64,000 nt of DNA from an uncultured delta proteobacterium (GTDB taxonomy: Bacteria; Desulfobacterota; Desulfuromonadia; Desulfuromonadales; JACZKF01), in the NCBI GenBank assembly GCA_963816395.1, contig CAWFKQ010000016.1:608001-672000 (forward strand), written 5' to 3'. Below are positions 13,562-23,416 of this stretch, piece by piece (the first letter of the stretch is position 1; the number at the start of each line of letters is the position of its first letter). The notes below the pieces were generated by a model. That model had not been told where the DNA came from, ran no database searches, and saw only the letters and a list, made by a program, of their open reading frames with translations. The translations under genes were made by a program, and so were the position numbers.

Positions 13562-14596
13562 ATGAAGACAAAGTTTTTTGTTAGCGGTTTTTCCATCCTC
13601 CTGATTGCTGTATTGACCTGCGGCACGGTCTTTGCCGGCGATCCCCTCGAGAACTGGAAGCCCAAATTCGACCCCAGCAAGGCCGAATACACCTATCTGC
13701 TGTCCAATATTTCCCATCCGGCCATTGCCGGCGTGGCCAACGGCTATCACATCCGCGACGAGGTCTGGAAGCGCAGCAACGGCCGCCTTTATGTCGATTA
13801 TCGTCCCCTGGCCCAGCTGGGCGGCGAAAAAGACGTGATCAGCAAGCTGAAAATGGGCGCCGTCAACGGGATGCTCATCTCCTCGGTGGCCGCCGCCAAT
13901 ATCGCCCCCAAACTGGGGGTGGTGAATCTGCCGTATGTCGTCAACACCTTCGATAAGCTCGATAAATTCCGTAATGACAAGGAACTCTTCGGGGAATTTG
14001 CCAATTCCACCCTGCCCCAGGGACTGATGACCGTCGATATCGTCGGCTACGGCACCTACGGCTGGGCCACCACGCAGCCGGTACCCAACCTTGAGGCAGC
14101 CAAGCAGATCAACTTCCGTATTGCGGAAGCGCCGGTCAACGCCGATATCTACAAGGCCTGGGGCTTCAAATTCACCGTCATGCCCTGGCCGGATGTTCCG
14201 CAGGCCCTGCAGACCGGAGTCATCAATGGCCTGGATCACACCGCCATCGTCTGCAACCTCACCAAGAAATTCGAAGTGGCCAAAAATTTCACTCAGGTCG
14301 ATTACGCCCAGGGTCTTTTCGTTCACATCATGAACAAGCGCTGGTTCGATCGGCTCCCTGCTGACCTGCAGAAAATCCTCCTGGACGTGATTCACGAGGA
14401 AAGCGCCAAGACCCGTGCAGCGACCCGCGAGCAGCAGGACGCCCAGATTGCCGCCGCCAAGGCCAAGGGCGTCCAGTTCTTCGAACTTTCCGCCGCCGAT
14501 AAGGCAAAGCTGACCGAGGAGGCCGCCCCGGTCTATGCGGAATGGAGCAAGCTGGTCGGGAAGGATTATCTCGACAAGCTGCGCAAAGATCTTTAA
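13562..14596 (+). CDS. dctP: TRAP transporter substrate-binding protein
   Basis: Signal peptide; AQLGGEKD, NLPY, FR, MPWPDVPQALQTGVING motifs. Confidence 0.9.
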   Translation: MKTKFFVSGFSILLIAVLTCGTVFAGDPLENWKPKFDPSKAEYTYLLSNISHPAIAGVANGYHIRDEVWKRSNGRLYVDYRPLAQLGGEKDVISKLKMGAVNGMLISSVAAANIAPKLGVVNLPYVVNTFDKLDKFRNDKELFGEFANSTLPQGLMTVDIVGYGTYGWATTQPVPNLEAAKQINFRIAEAPVNADIYKAWGFKFTVMPWPDVPQALQTGVINGLDHTAIVCNLTKKFEVAKNFTQVDYAQGLFVHIMNKRWFDRLPADLQKILLDVIHEESAKTRAATREQQDAQIAAAKAKGVQFFELSAADKAKLTEEAAPVYAEWSKLVGKDYLDKLRKDL

Positions 14597-14615
14597 AGAC
14601 CCTTCTTTCATGCAG

Positions 14616-14651
14616 AAACAAAAGCCCGCCGACATGGCGGGCTTTTTGTTT
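14616..14651 (+). terminator. Rho-independent terminator
   Basis: AAAAGCCCGCC-GACAT-GGCGGGCTTTTTGTTT directly after the dctP stop. Confidence 0.85.
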
Positions 14652-15241
14652 GGACGGCTGTTCATGACGGGGGAAGGGCGGAGGACGTGAGGCAGGATCC
14701 ACATACAACAGTGACGGATAGCGCCGTCGGGCTTTCCGGAAGGTTTTTACTTTTCCGGATCTTCGAGCTTTCGTGACTGACAGGGGAATTTCTTCCTGCC
14801 CGACATCGAGTCGATCGCTCTACTTTCCCACTCGGCGTTTCCGTCACCGTTTGATAAAAAGCCTATCGCAGCCGGGAAGGATGTCAAGCGACAAAATAAG
14901 ACTGAGAATCGGTTACTTGCAAGCTCCTGAAATGGTTGTCGGAAAGGCGCATCCGCCCGGCGCCCCTCTTTACCATTGACCGGTTTACCGACTATATTTA
15001 AAGAAAAAGTCCTGCAGGCCACCTGAAAAGCATCTTAACGATTTCGCGACACAGAGTCGCTGAGGCGCAGAGAAAATCCGTGAGCAAATTTTCGTTACAG
15101 CGTTCTCGACTGTCTCTGTGCGCTCTGTTAAAATCCTTGTCATTTTCGGCTATACGAGACCTTTTCAATGCAGAGGCACAGGACGGTGTGCTTGTCCGGG
15201 GGAGTAATCAAGGGCCGGCCAACGGCGGCCTGGGGGAGGCA

Positions 15242-17119
15242 ATGGAAGTGGACGGGAAGATCTCGGAACTCTTCAGGCGGAAACTGGTGACCGCGGACGA
15301 GGCGGTACGCCACATCCAGTCGGGCTGGCGGGTGTTCGTCGGCTCTGGGTGTGCCGTGCCGCAGCAGCTGCTGGCGGCGCTCTGTCGCCATGCTCCGATG
15401 CTGCACGATGTCGAGTTGATCCATCTTTTCACCCTCGGCATGGCCGACTACGTCGATGAGCGCTATGCCGGTCATTTCCGGCACAACGCTTTTTTCATCG
15501 GCGAAAACGTGCGCCAGGCGGTCAGCGAGGGGAGGGCCGATTACACGCCGATCTTTCTCAGCGAGATTCCCGAATTGATCCGCCGCGGCCAGCGGGGCAA
15601 CCAGGCGGCCCTGCTGCAGGTTTCGCCGCCCGACCGGCACGGCTACTGCAGCCTGGGGATCAATGTGGATATCCAGAAGGCGGGGCTGGAGCGAGCCGGC
15701 CTGGTCATCGCCGAGGTCAATCCCCATATGCCGCGGACCTTCGGCGGCAGCGACGTGCACCTGAGCCGGATCGATTTTCTGGTGGAGGTGGATAGCCCGA
15801 TCCTGGAGGTGCACGACGAGGAACCGGATGAAGTGGCCATGCAGATCGGCTATCACATCTCGCGCCTGGTGGAAAACGGCAGCTGCCTGCAGATGGGCAT
15901 CGGTACCCTGCCGAAAAGTGTGCTCAGGTTTCTCGACGACAAGCGCAGCCTCGGCCTGCACACGGAGATGTTCGGCGACGGCGTCCTGCCGCTGCTGGCG
16001 AACGGCAATATCAGCAACCAGCTGAAGAAGGTCCACCCGGGCAAGACGACGACCAGCTTCGTCATGGGCAGCCGCACCCTTTACGATTTCGTCGACGACA
16101 ATCCCGGCGTCCTCTTCTTCCCTTCCGATTTCATCAACGATCCCCGGGTGATCGCCCAGAACGACAAGGTGGTGGCGATCAATTCGGCGGTGCAGGTCGA
16201 TCTCACCGGCCAGGTCTGTGCCGACAGCCTGGGTTACCGGTTCTACAGCGGCATCGGCGGGCAGGTGGATTTCATCCGGGGCGCCGCCATGAGCCGCGGC
16301 GGCAAGCCCATCGTCGCCCTGCGCAGCACCGCCAAAGACGGTACGCTGAGCCGCATCGTGCACCGTCTCGACGACGGCGCCGGCGTGGTCACCAGCCGCG
16401 GCGATGTCCATTACGTGGTGACCGAGTACGGGGTGGCCTACCTGCACGGCAAGACGATACGGGAGCGGGCCCTGGCCCTGATCTCCATCGCTCATCCCGA
16501 TTTCCGCCAGGACCTGCTCGATTTCGTCAAGCAGAAGCACTATGTCTACGAGGATGAACAGGTCTGGCAGCAGGCCCTCGACCGCTATCCGAAAGATCTC
16601 GAGGAAACCCGGCGGTTCGGCAGCCGGCAGCTGCTGGTGCGCCCCCTGAAGGCGACCGACGAGCGCCTGCTGCAGGAATTCTTCTACAGCCATCAGCCGG
16701 AGACGATCTATAAACGTTATTTTGCCCCCAAGCGCCAACTGGCGCATCGGGAAGCGGCCAAGCTGTGCTGCGTCAACTACCGCAACCGCATGGCGCTGGC
16801 CGCCTTTCAGCGAGAAGGGCAGGGGGAGAAGATTGTGGCCGTGGCCCGCTATGAGGCCGATCCGCGCAGCAATACGGCGGAAACCGCCGCCGTGGTGCAC
16901 GAGGACTTCCGCCATCTCGGCATTGCCGGCTACCTGCTCGCCCAGCTGGAACGCCAGGCCATTCGCCAGGGGATCGAGGGCTTCCGCTCCGAGGTGCTGC
17001 CGAGCAACGAGGCGATTCTGAAGTATCACCGGTCCCGCGGTCATTCCGTGAACTACTCACGGGAAACGGAAACCTACCACATCGAATATCGATTTGACCG
17101 CCAACCGGCAAAGGAGTGA
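15242..17119 (+). CDS. Acetyl-CoA hydrolase/CoA-transferase (Cat2-like) fused to a C-terminal GNAT acetyltransferase domain
   Basis: LQMGIG, GLHTEM (catalytic Glu), SGIGGQVDF, VVTEYGVA; then VRPLKATDE...VAVARY...AETAAVV GNAT domain. ATG 15242 follows GGAGG. Confidence 0.88.
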   Translation: MEVDGKISELFRRKLVTADEAVRHIQSGWRVFVGSGCAVPQQLLAALCRHAPMLHDVELIHLFTLGMADYVDERYAGHFRHNAFFIGENVRQAVSEGRADYTPIFLSEIPELIRRGQRGNQAALLQVSPPDRHGYCSLGINVDIQKAGLERAGLVIAEVNPHMPRTFGGSDVHLSRIDFLVEVDSPILEVHDEEPDEVAMQIGYHISRLVENGSCLQMGIGTLPKSVLRFLDDKRSLGLHTEMFGDGVLPLLANGNISNQLKKVHPGKTTTSFVMGSRTLYDFVDDNPGVLFFPSDFINDPRVIAQNDKVVAINSAVQVDLTGQVCADSLGYRFYSGIGGQVDFIRGAAMSRGGKPIVALRSTAKDGTLSRIVHRLDDGAGVVTSRGDVHYVVTEYGVAYLHGKTIRERALALISIAHPDFRQDLLDFVKQKHYVYEDEQVWQQALDRYPKDLEETRRFGSRQLLVRPLKATDERLLQEFFYSHQPETIYKRYFAPKRQLAHREAAKLCCVNYRNRMALAAFQREGQGEKIVAVARYEADPRSNTAETAAVVHEDFRHLGIAGYLLAQLERQAIRQGIEGFRSEVLPSNEAILKYHRSRGHSVNYSRETETYHIEYRFDRQPAKE

Positions 17120-17402
17120 AAGGCCGTCCGGTAAAAAGCCGGTTGTCAAATTAAAAAAGGATTTCTCTTGCCCCTCGCTTTGGCGACAGCGATGGCTGGT
17201 AATCGCGCTTTCCTCTTCGAAGCCACTGATGATGTTTCCCCCCTCTGTCGCCTCCTGCACCCAGCTGTAACAGGTACTTCCGTCTGAAATGCAATAGGTT
17301 GCACCCTGCTGTTCGAAAACAGGACGGCTCTTTTCTCATAGAGCAGGTGCTAAATCGCCATTCCCGCCGGGAGAGAGGAATGATTGGCGGAATCGTAATG
17401 GC

Positions 17403-17434
17403 CTGTTGACAAAAATAGAACAGTGTATTAAATT
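17403..17434 (+). promoter_or_regulatory. sigma70 promoter overlapped by an inverted-repeat operator
   Basis: TTGACA(17406)-17 bp-TAAATT; CTGTT-N11-AACAG; near-identical copy at 39652-39687. Confidence 0.65.
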
Positions 17435-17779
17435 TTCAAGAAAGAGGTATGTGAATGCCTATTTTTTTGCTTTCGGACAGAAGGGGAATTTTTAGGTTGC
17501 TGAAACGGCAAGAAAGACCATCTTTGTTCCTCCCTCCGGGCAGACCTGACCAGGGGGAAAAGACCCTGCACCATGCCCGTCCCCCCCTGCTATTCACCTT
17601 TGCCGCCATCGAAAGGTTCATGCCAACCTTCAAGCGGCTCCAGTTGCAGGCACTGGCGCCGATATGGCCGGATTTTCCTTTGCGCCGTCTGTGCGCATGA
17701 CCAAGCCTTACCAAACGACCGGGTAGCAGCTGACAGGCGGTCAGCCGTGAATCCCGGCCTAACGTGAGAGGATGACAAG

Positions 17780-18985
17780 ATGGCCAAAAAGAAAAGGTCG
17801 GTAATCTCCAGGCGTGATTTCATCAAAGGGACGGTTGGTGGAATCGCCGCGGCATCCATTTTCATCCCGCCGCGTTTTGCGATTGGCGGCCAGGCCAAGG
17901 TCAAGGTTGGTTTTCTGCTCCCCTACACCGGCACCTATGCCAAGCTGGGCACCTTCTGTCGCGATTCGTTGAAGCTGCGCCTGTCGGAGGCCGGCAACAA
18001 GCTGGGCGGACGAGAGATCGAGTACATCGATGTCGACAGTGAGGCCAATCCGGCCAAGGCGCCGGAATTGATCAACCGGCTGCTCAAGAGGGACAAAGTC
18101 GATTTTCTGGTCGGGCCGGTGCATTCCGGCGTCGGCATGGTCATGGTCAAGATGGCCCGCGGCGATGACGGCCCCATCACCGTCATTCCCAATGCCGGTG
18201 CCGACCAGCTGACCGGCTCTCTCTGCGCCCCGAACATCTTCCGCACCTCTTTCTCCAGCTATCAGATGGGCTATCCGGGCGGCCCGGCGATGCTGCAGGA
18301 CGGTCACAAGCGGGTGGTCCTGGTCTACTGGAACTACGGCTTCGGCAAGGAAGTCGCCGCGGCCTTCAAGAAGTCCTTTGTGCCGGCGGGGGGCACCCTG
18401 GTCAAGGAGATCGCCACCCCCTTCCCGGCAGTGGACTTCCAGGCCTACCTGACCGAGCTGGCTGCCCTCAAGCCGGATGCGATTTACACGTTTTATGCCG
18501 GGGGCGGCGCCGTCAAGTTCGTCAAGGACTTCGCCGCTGCCGGGCTGAAGGACTCCATCAAACTCTACGGCGCCGGCTTCATTACCGAGGGGGTGATCAA
18601 GGCCCAGGGCGCCGCCGCCGAAGGGGTGCGCTCCGTTCTGCACTATGCCGATACCCTGGATATCCCGGAGAACCATCGGTTCCGTGCCGCCTTCAAGAAG
18701 GCCACCGGCCAAGAGGCCGACGTCTATGCCGTCCAGGGATACGATGCCGGGGAACTCATCCTCCGGGGCATGGAGGCGGTCAAGGGGGATACCGGCGCCC
18801 GCGCCGAAATGATCCGGGCCATGGAAACGGCCGAAATCGCCAGCCCGCGCGGCAGGCTGCGTTTTTCCCCTTCGCATAATCCGATCCAAGATATTTACCT
18901 GCGCGAAGTGATCAACGGCGAGAATCGGGTCATCCGGGTCGCCGCCAAGGACCAGAGCGATCCGGCCGAAGGCTGTTCGATGTAG
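17780..18985 (+). CDS. ABC transporter substrate-binding protein (LivJ/K-like fold, probably for aromatic acids), Tat signal
   Basis: SRRDFIK twin-arginine; LLPYTG, VGPVHSGV, PNIFRTSF, QGYDAG motifs. Confidence 0.9.
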   Translation: MAKKKRSVISRRDFIKGTVGGIAAASIFIPPRFAIGGQAKVKVGFLLPYTGTYAKLGTFCRDSLKLRLSEAGNKLGGREIEYIDVDSEANPAKAPELINRLLKRDKVDFLVGPVHSGVGMVMVKMARGDDGPITVIPNAGADQLTGSLCAPNIFRTSFSSYQMGYPGGPAMLQDGHKRVVLVYWNYGFGKEVAAAFKKSFVPAGGTLVKEIATPFPAVDFQAYLTELAALKPDAIYTFYAGGGAVKFVKDFAAAGLKDSIKLYGAGFITEGVIKAQGAAAEGVRSVLHYADTLDIPENHRFRAAFKKATGQEADVYAVQGYDAGELILRGMEAVKGDTGARAEMIRAMETAEIASPRGRLRFSPSHNPIQDIYLREVINGENRVIRVAAKDQSDPAEGCSM

Positions 18986-19059
18986 TGTCTCTCCCTCCCG
19001 CCCGGCGAACCGGTCCGGGGCGCCGGGCGGAACCCCACAAATGCTGAAAAGAGTTGAGA

Positions 19060-19929
19060 ATGGAAAGTTCCTTTTATCTGGTGCAGCTCCTGAATGCCGT
19101 TCAGTACGGCTTCCTCCTGTTCCTCGTGGCCAGCGGCCTGACCCTGCTCTTCGGCATCATGGGGATCATCAACCTGGCGCACGGCTCCTTCTATATGATC
19201 GGCGCCTACCTGGCCTACTGGTTGTCCGGGCTGACCGGCAGCCTCTGGCTCGGCATCCTGCTGGGGCTTCCCATCGCCCTGCTCCTGGGCTACCTGGTGG
19301 AGCGTTTCGCCATTTCCTTTCTCTACCGGCGGGACCATCTCTATCAGGTCCTGCTCACCTTTGCCCTGATTCTCATCTTCAACGAATTACAGAGGATACT
19401 GTGGGGGAATAATGTCCACGGGGTGGCGATACCGGCGGCACTGGCCGGCTCGATCCCCCTGACCGAGAATCAGAGTTATCCGGTCTATCGCCTGTTCATT
19501 TCGGGCGGCTGCATCGCCATTGCCGCCGCCATGTACTGGGTGCTGCAGAAGACCCGGCTGGGGATGATGATCCGCGCCGGTGCCAGCAATCGGGAAATGG
19601 TTCAGGCCCTCGGCATCAACGTGAACCGGCTGTTCGCCATCGTCTTCAGCCTGGGGGTTGCCCTGGCCGCCTTTGCCGGAATGCTGGCGTCGCCGGTGGA
19701 TTCGGTTTACCCGGGGATGGGAGAAAACATCCTGATCATCTCCTTTGTCGTGGTGGTTATCGGCGGCACCGGCTCCATCAAGGGAGCTTTCGTCGGCGCC
19801 ATGCTGATCGGGCTGGTGAGCACTTTCGGCAAGGTTCTGCTGCCCGAGATGGCCAGCGTGACGGTCTATGCGCTGATGGCGTTGATTCTGCTCTGGCGGC
19901 CACAGGGGATTTTCGGGAGGAGAGCCTGA
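19060..19929 (+). CDS. Branched-chain-type ABC permease (LivH-like)
   Basis: GLTLLFGIMGIINLAHG, G..IRA, WRPQG motifs. Confidence 0.92.
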   Translation: MESSFYLVQLLNAVQYGFLLFLVASGLTLLFGIMGIINLAHGSFYMIGAYLAYWLSGLTGSLWLGILLGLPIALLLGYLVERFAISFLYRRDHLYQVLLTFALILIFNELQRILWGNNVHGVAIPAALAGSIPLTENQSYPVYRLFISGGCIAIAAAMYWVLQKTRLGMMIRAGASNREMVQALGINVNRLFAIVFSLGVALAAFAGMLASPVDSVYPGMGENILIISFVVVVIGGTGSIKGAFVGAMLIGLVSTFGKVLLPEMASVTVYALMALILLWRPQGIFGRRA

Positions 19930-19930
19930 G

Positions 19931-20947
19931 ATGCGGTCGATGAGCCGTTTCCTGCCGTTGCTGCTGGCGCTCCTCGCCCTGGCGCTGTTTCCTCTCTTCG
20001 GTTCCAGTTACTATGTGGGACTGCTGACCCGCATCCTCATCCTGGGCATTTTGGCCATGAGTCTGGATCTGTTGATCGGCTTTACCGGTCTGGTCAGTTT
20101 CGGTCATGCCGCTTTTTACGGAGTCGGCGCCTACGCTTTTGCCATCGCCTTCCAGGATGCCGGCGTTATTCACCTGTGGCAGGCGCTTCCCCTCTCCCTG
20201 GCGGCGGCCGCTCTGGCGGCTCTGGTGATCGGCTGGATCAGCATCCGCACCAGCGGCATCTATTTCATCATGATCACCCTTGCCTTCGCCCAGATGTTCT
20301 TCTACTTTTTCTTCGAGTCGCCCCGCTTCGGCGGCGATGACGGCATCTTCCTGTTCCTGAAACCGGTGCTGACTTTCGGTTCCCAGGATCTCCTGAACCT
20401 GGAGAAGGAGATTCATTTCTACTATTTCACCCTGGGCTGCATGGCCCTCGCCTATCTGTTCCTGGCAATGATCCTGCGTGCCCCTTTCGGCCGGGTGATC
20501 ACGGCGATTCGTGCCAATGAGCATCGGGTTCGCGCCCTGGGGTATGCCACCAACCGGTATAAGCTGGTGAGCTTCGTGATCGCCGGCACCCTGGCGGGGT
20601 TGGCCGGCTTTCTGGAGGCTACCCACACCGGCTATATCAATCCGGCCTACATGAGCTGGCATGAATCCGGGGTTGTCATCGCCATCGTCATTCTGGGCGG
20701 CATGGGAACGCTCTACGGCCCGCTGCTCGGCGCCTTCATCGTCGTCCTGCTGCAGACTTTCCTTCCGGACCTGACTTCGCACTGGCAGCTGTTGTTCGGC
20801 GGCATCGTGATCGCCGTGGTGCTCTTCCTCCCGCACGGCGTCGCCAGCCTGTTTCCCAGCTCGGCGGCTCTGGTTCGGGGGTGGCTCGGTCGGAACCCGC
20901 CGGCGGAGAGTAACCTGGTCGTGAGGAAGGAGGGTTCTCATGAGTGA
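19931..20947 (+). CDS. Branched-chain-type ABC permease (LivM-like)
   Basis: GLVSFGHAAFYG, YFIMITLAF, ILGGMGTLYGP motifs. Confidence 0.92.
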   Translation: MRSMSRFLPLLLALLALALFPLFGSSYYVGLLTRILILGILAMSLDLLIGFTGLVSFGHAAFYGVGAYAFAIAFQDAGVIHLWQALPLSLAAAALAALVIGWISIRTSGIYFIMITLAFAQMFFYFFFESPRFGGDDGIFLFLKPVLTFGSQDLLNLEKEIHFYYFTLGCMALAYLFLAMILRAPFGRVITAIRANEHRVRALGYATNRYKLVSFVIAGTLAGLAGFLEATHTGYINPAYMSWHESGVVIAIVILGGMGTLYGPLLGAFIVVLLQTFLPDLTSHWQLLFGGIVIAVVLFLPHGVASLFPSSAALVRGWLGRNPPAESNLVVRKEGSHE

Positions 20948-21698
20948 AACGATCCTGCAGACCCGGGGACTGAGCAAGAGCTTCGGCGGCCTGATTGCTA
21001 CCAACGATGTTTCCCTGGAGTTCGCCCGCGGCCAGGTGCACGCAATCATCGGGCCCAACGGCGCCGGCAAGACCACCCTGATCAACCTGCTCTCTGGCGA
21101 TCTGCTGCCGAACGCCGGCGCCATTCTCTTCAAAGAGAGCGATATCACCCGCCTTCCGCCCAACCGGGTCTCCCAACTCGGCATCGGCCGCAGTTACCAG
21201 AAAACCAACATCTTTCCCCAGTTCACCTGTTTCGAGAATTGCTGGGTCGCCGCTCAGTCGCGCCTCAACACCTCGATGCGTTTCTTCCGCCCCGCCTCGC
21301 ACCGGCGGGATGTGCGGGAACGCACTGAACGGGCGCTGGAACTCTGCGGCCTCGGCAAACGCTGCTACACGCTGGCCGCGGCCATGAGCTATGGCGAGCA
21401 GCGGCAGCTGGAAATCGGCATGATGCTGGCCACGGAGCCGGAACTGCTGCTGCTGGATGAGCCCCTCGCCGGCATGGGGAGTGAGGAATCGCAGCAGGTG
21501 ATCGCCCTGTTGCGCCGTCTGGCCGAGGGACATACGCTGATTCTCATCGAGCACGACATGGATGCCGTCTTCTCCATCGCCGAGCGGCTGACGGTAATGG
21601 TCAACGGCCGGGTGCTGGAGACGGGGACGGTCGAACAGATACGCAACAGTCAGGCGGTACAGGAGGCCTACCTGGGCGTCGACGAGGAGGTGGCCTGA
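20940..21698 (+). CDS. ABC ATP-binding protein (LivG-like)
   Basis: GPNGAGKTT, LLLDEP, IEHDM, AYLG. Confidence 0.93.
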   Translation: MSETILQTRGLSKSFGGLIATNDVSLEFARGQVHAIIGPNGAGKTTLINLLSGDLLPNAGAILFKESDITRLPPNRVSQLGIGRSYQKTNIFPQFTCFENCWVAAQSRLNTSMRFFRPASHRRDVRERTERALELCGLGKRCYTLAAAMSYGEQRQLEIGMMLATEPELLLLDEPLAGMGSEESQQVIALLRRLAEGHTLILIEHDMDAVFSIAERLTVMVNGRVLETGTVEQIRNSQAVQEAYLGVDEEVA

Positions 21699-22423
21699 TG
21701 GCACGGCAGGAAAACGTTCCAATCATCGAAGCCCGTGACCTGAATACCTACTACGGGGCCAGTCATATTCTGCACGGCATCAGCCTCACCATCCGGCGCG
21801 GAGAAACCATCAGCCTGATGGGGCGCAACGGCATGGGCAAGACCACCCTCCTGCGCTCCCTGCTCGGCCTCACGCCGCCGCGGCGGGGAACGGTGAAGAT
21901 CTACGGGCGCGACATGTCCGGGGCTCCGCCGCAGAAGATCGTCCGCGAGGGTATTGCCTTCGTGCCGGAGGACCGGGGAATCTTTCCCAACCTGACCGTC
22001 CGGGAGAATCTGCTCATGGCGGCCCGGCCGGGGCCCGAGGGTCGCCGGGACTGGGATTTCGACCGGGTGCTGGAGACCTTTCCCCGCCTGGCCCAGCGCC
22101 TGACGCACATGGGTGACCATCTTTCCGGCGGCGAACAGCAGATGCTTACCGTCGGCCGGGCGTTGATGACCAACCCCGATCTCATTCTTCTCGATGAGGC
22201 CACCGAGGGGCTGGCGCCGCTCATTCGCAAAGAGATCTGGTCGGTCATTCGCCAGATCAAAGAGAGCGGGATTGCCGCGGTAATCGTCGACAAAGACATC
22301 AAGGCCTTGCTGAAGGTCGCCGACCGGAATATCATCATCAGCAAGGGCCGGATCGTCTATGAAGGAACTTCCCAGGAACTGGCAGGGGATCCCGAAGTCC
22401 ACAAGCAGCATCTGGGGGTATAG
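21698..22423 (+). CDS. ABC ATP-binding protein (LivF-like)
   Basis: GRNGMGKTT, LSGGEQQM, LLDEATEGLAP. Confidence 0.93.
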   Translation: MARQENVPIIEARDLNTYYGASHILHGISLTIRRGETISLMGRNGMGKTTLLRSLLGLTPPRRGTVKIYGRDMSGAPPQKIVREGIAFVPEDRGIFPNLTVRENLLMAARPGPEGRRDWDFDRVLETFPRLAQRLTHMGDHLSGGEQQMLTVGRALMTNPDLILLDEATEGLAPLIRKEIWSVIRQIKESGIAAVIVDKDIKALLKVADRNIIISKGRIVYEGTSQELAGDPEVHKQHLGV

Positions 22424-22463
22424 CAGGTTACTTGAAGAGTTGGATTTTCAGCCTCGAGAGGAG

Positions 22464-23264
22464 ATGGCGATGCCCCTGAAAGCGATACTGGTTCATCTCG
22501 ACGATACCTCCCGTTGCCAGACCAGGCTGGAGATCGCCGTCTCCCTGGCCCGGAAATTTCAGGCCCATCTGACCGGATTCTATGCGACTTCCGGTCCCTT
22601 TTTCGCACCCGACAGGGTAAACGCAGAGACGCCGCCGGCCGCAACGGAAGCTCTCTTCAGGGAGAAAACCGCAGGTCTGGCCGCCGATTGGCTGTTCGCG
22701 GGAGCGGACAACACGGCCGGGGGCGCCACGGAAAGAACGATTCGGCGGGCGTTCTATGCCGACCTGGTGATTGCCGGCCAGGCGGATCCGGGCTCAGGCC
22801 GGCGCGGCGTCCCCCTCGACTTTCCCGAACGCCTCGCCTTGGGCGCAGGAAGACCCGTCCTGATCATTCCCAATGCTGGGGAATTCGGCACGATTGGCGA
22901 GCACGTTATGGTGGCCTGGCGGGGCGGCCGGGCCTCCTCCCGCGCTCTCAACGACGCCATTCCCTTCCTGCAGGGAGCGCGGCAGGTGAAAATATCGATG
23001 GTCAATCCCCGGGAGAATTACGAAAAGGAGGCGGAGGATCTCGTCGCCTACCTGGCGCACCATGGCATCCGGGCCTCCTCCGACAGGATTTCGGCAGACG
23101 ACATAAGCGCCGGGGACGTCCTGCTGAACCAGGCCTGCGACCTCGGTATCGATCTCATCGTCCTCGGTCTCCAGGCGCGACGCCGGCTCGGTTCTATCGG
23201 GACTGGCCCCGTCGCCCACCATTTTTTCGAGTACATGACGATTCCGGTGCTGATGTCGCGCTGA
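22464..23264 (+). CDS. Universal stress protein (UspA family)
   Basis: KAILVHLD start, ADLVIAGQ, GRPVLIIP, DLIVLG, IPVLMS. Confidence 0.85.
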   Translation: MAMPLKAILVHLDDTSRCQTRLEIAVSLARKFQAHLTGFYATSGPFFAPDRVNAETPPAATEALFREKTAGLAADWLFAGADNTAGGATERTIRRAFYADLVIAGQADPGSGRRGVPLDFPERLALGAGRPVLIIPNAGEFGTIGEHVMVAWRGGRASSRALNDAIPFLQGARQVKISMVNPRENYEKEAEDLVAYLAHHGIRASSDRISADDISAGDVLLNQACDLGIDLIVLGLQARRRLGSIGTGPVAHHFFEYMTIPVLMSR

Positions 23265-23416
23265 GATCCTTCCTCATCCTTCCTTCTCCAAGTAGAAACA
23301 GCCAGAATATCGCCGTCCGGGCATTGCCGGCTCCAGGCGAGGTGAGAAAAAAATCGCCCGGTGGCAATTGCTGGGCAATTAACCACCGGGCAGGAGGAGG
23401 CGGGTTATTTCGCCTG

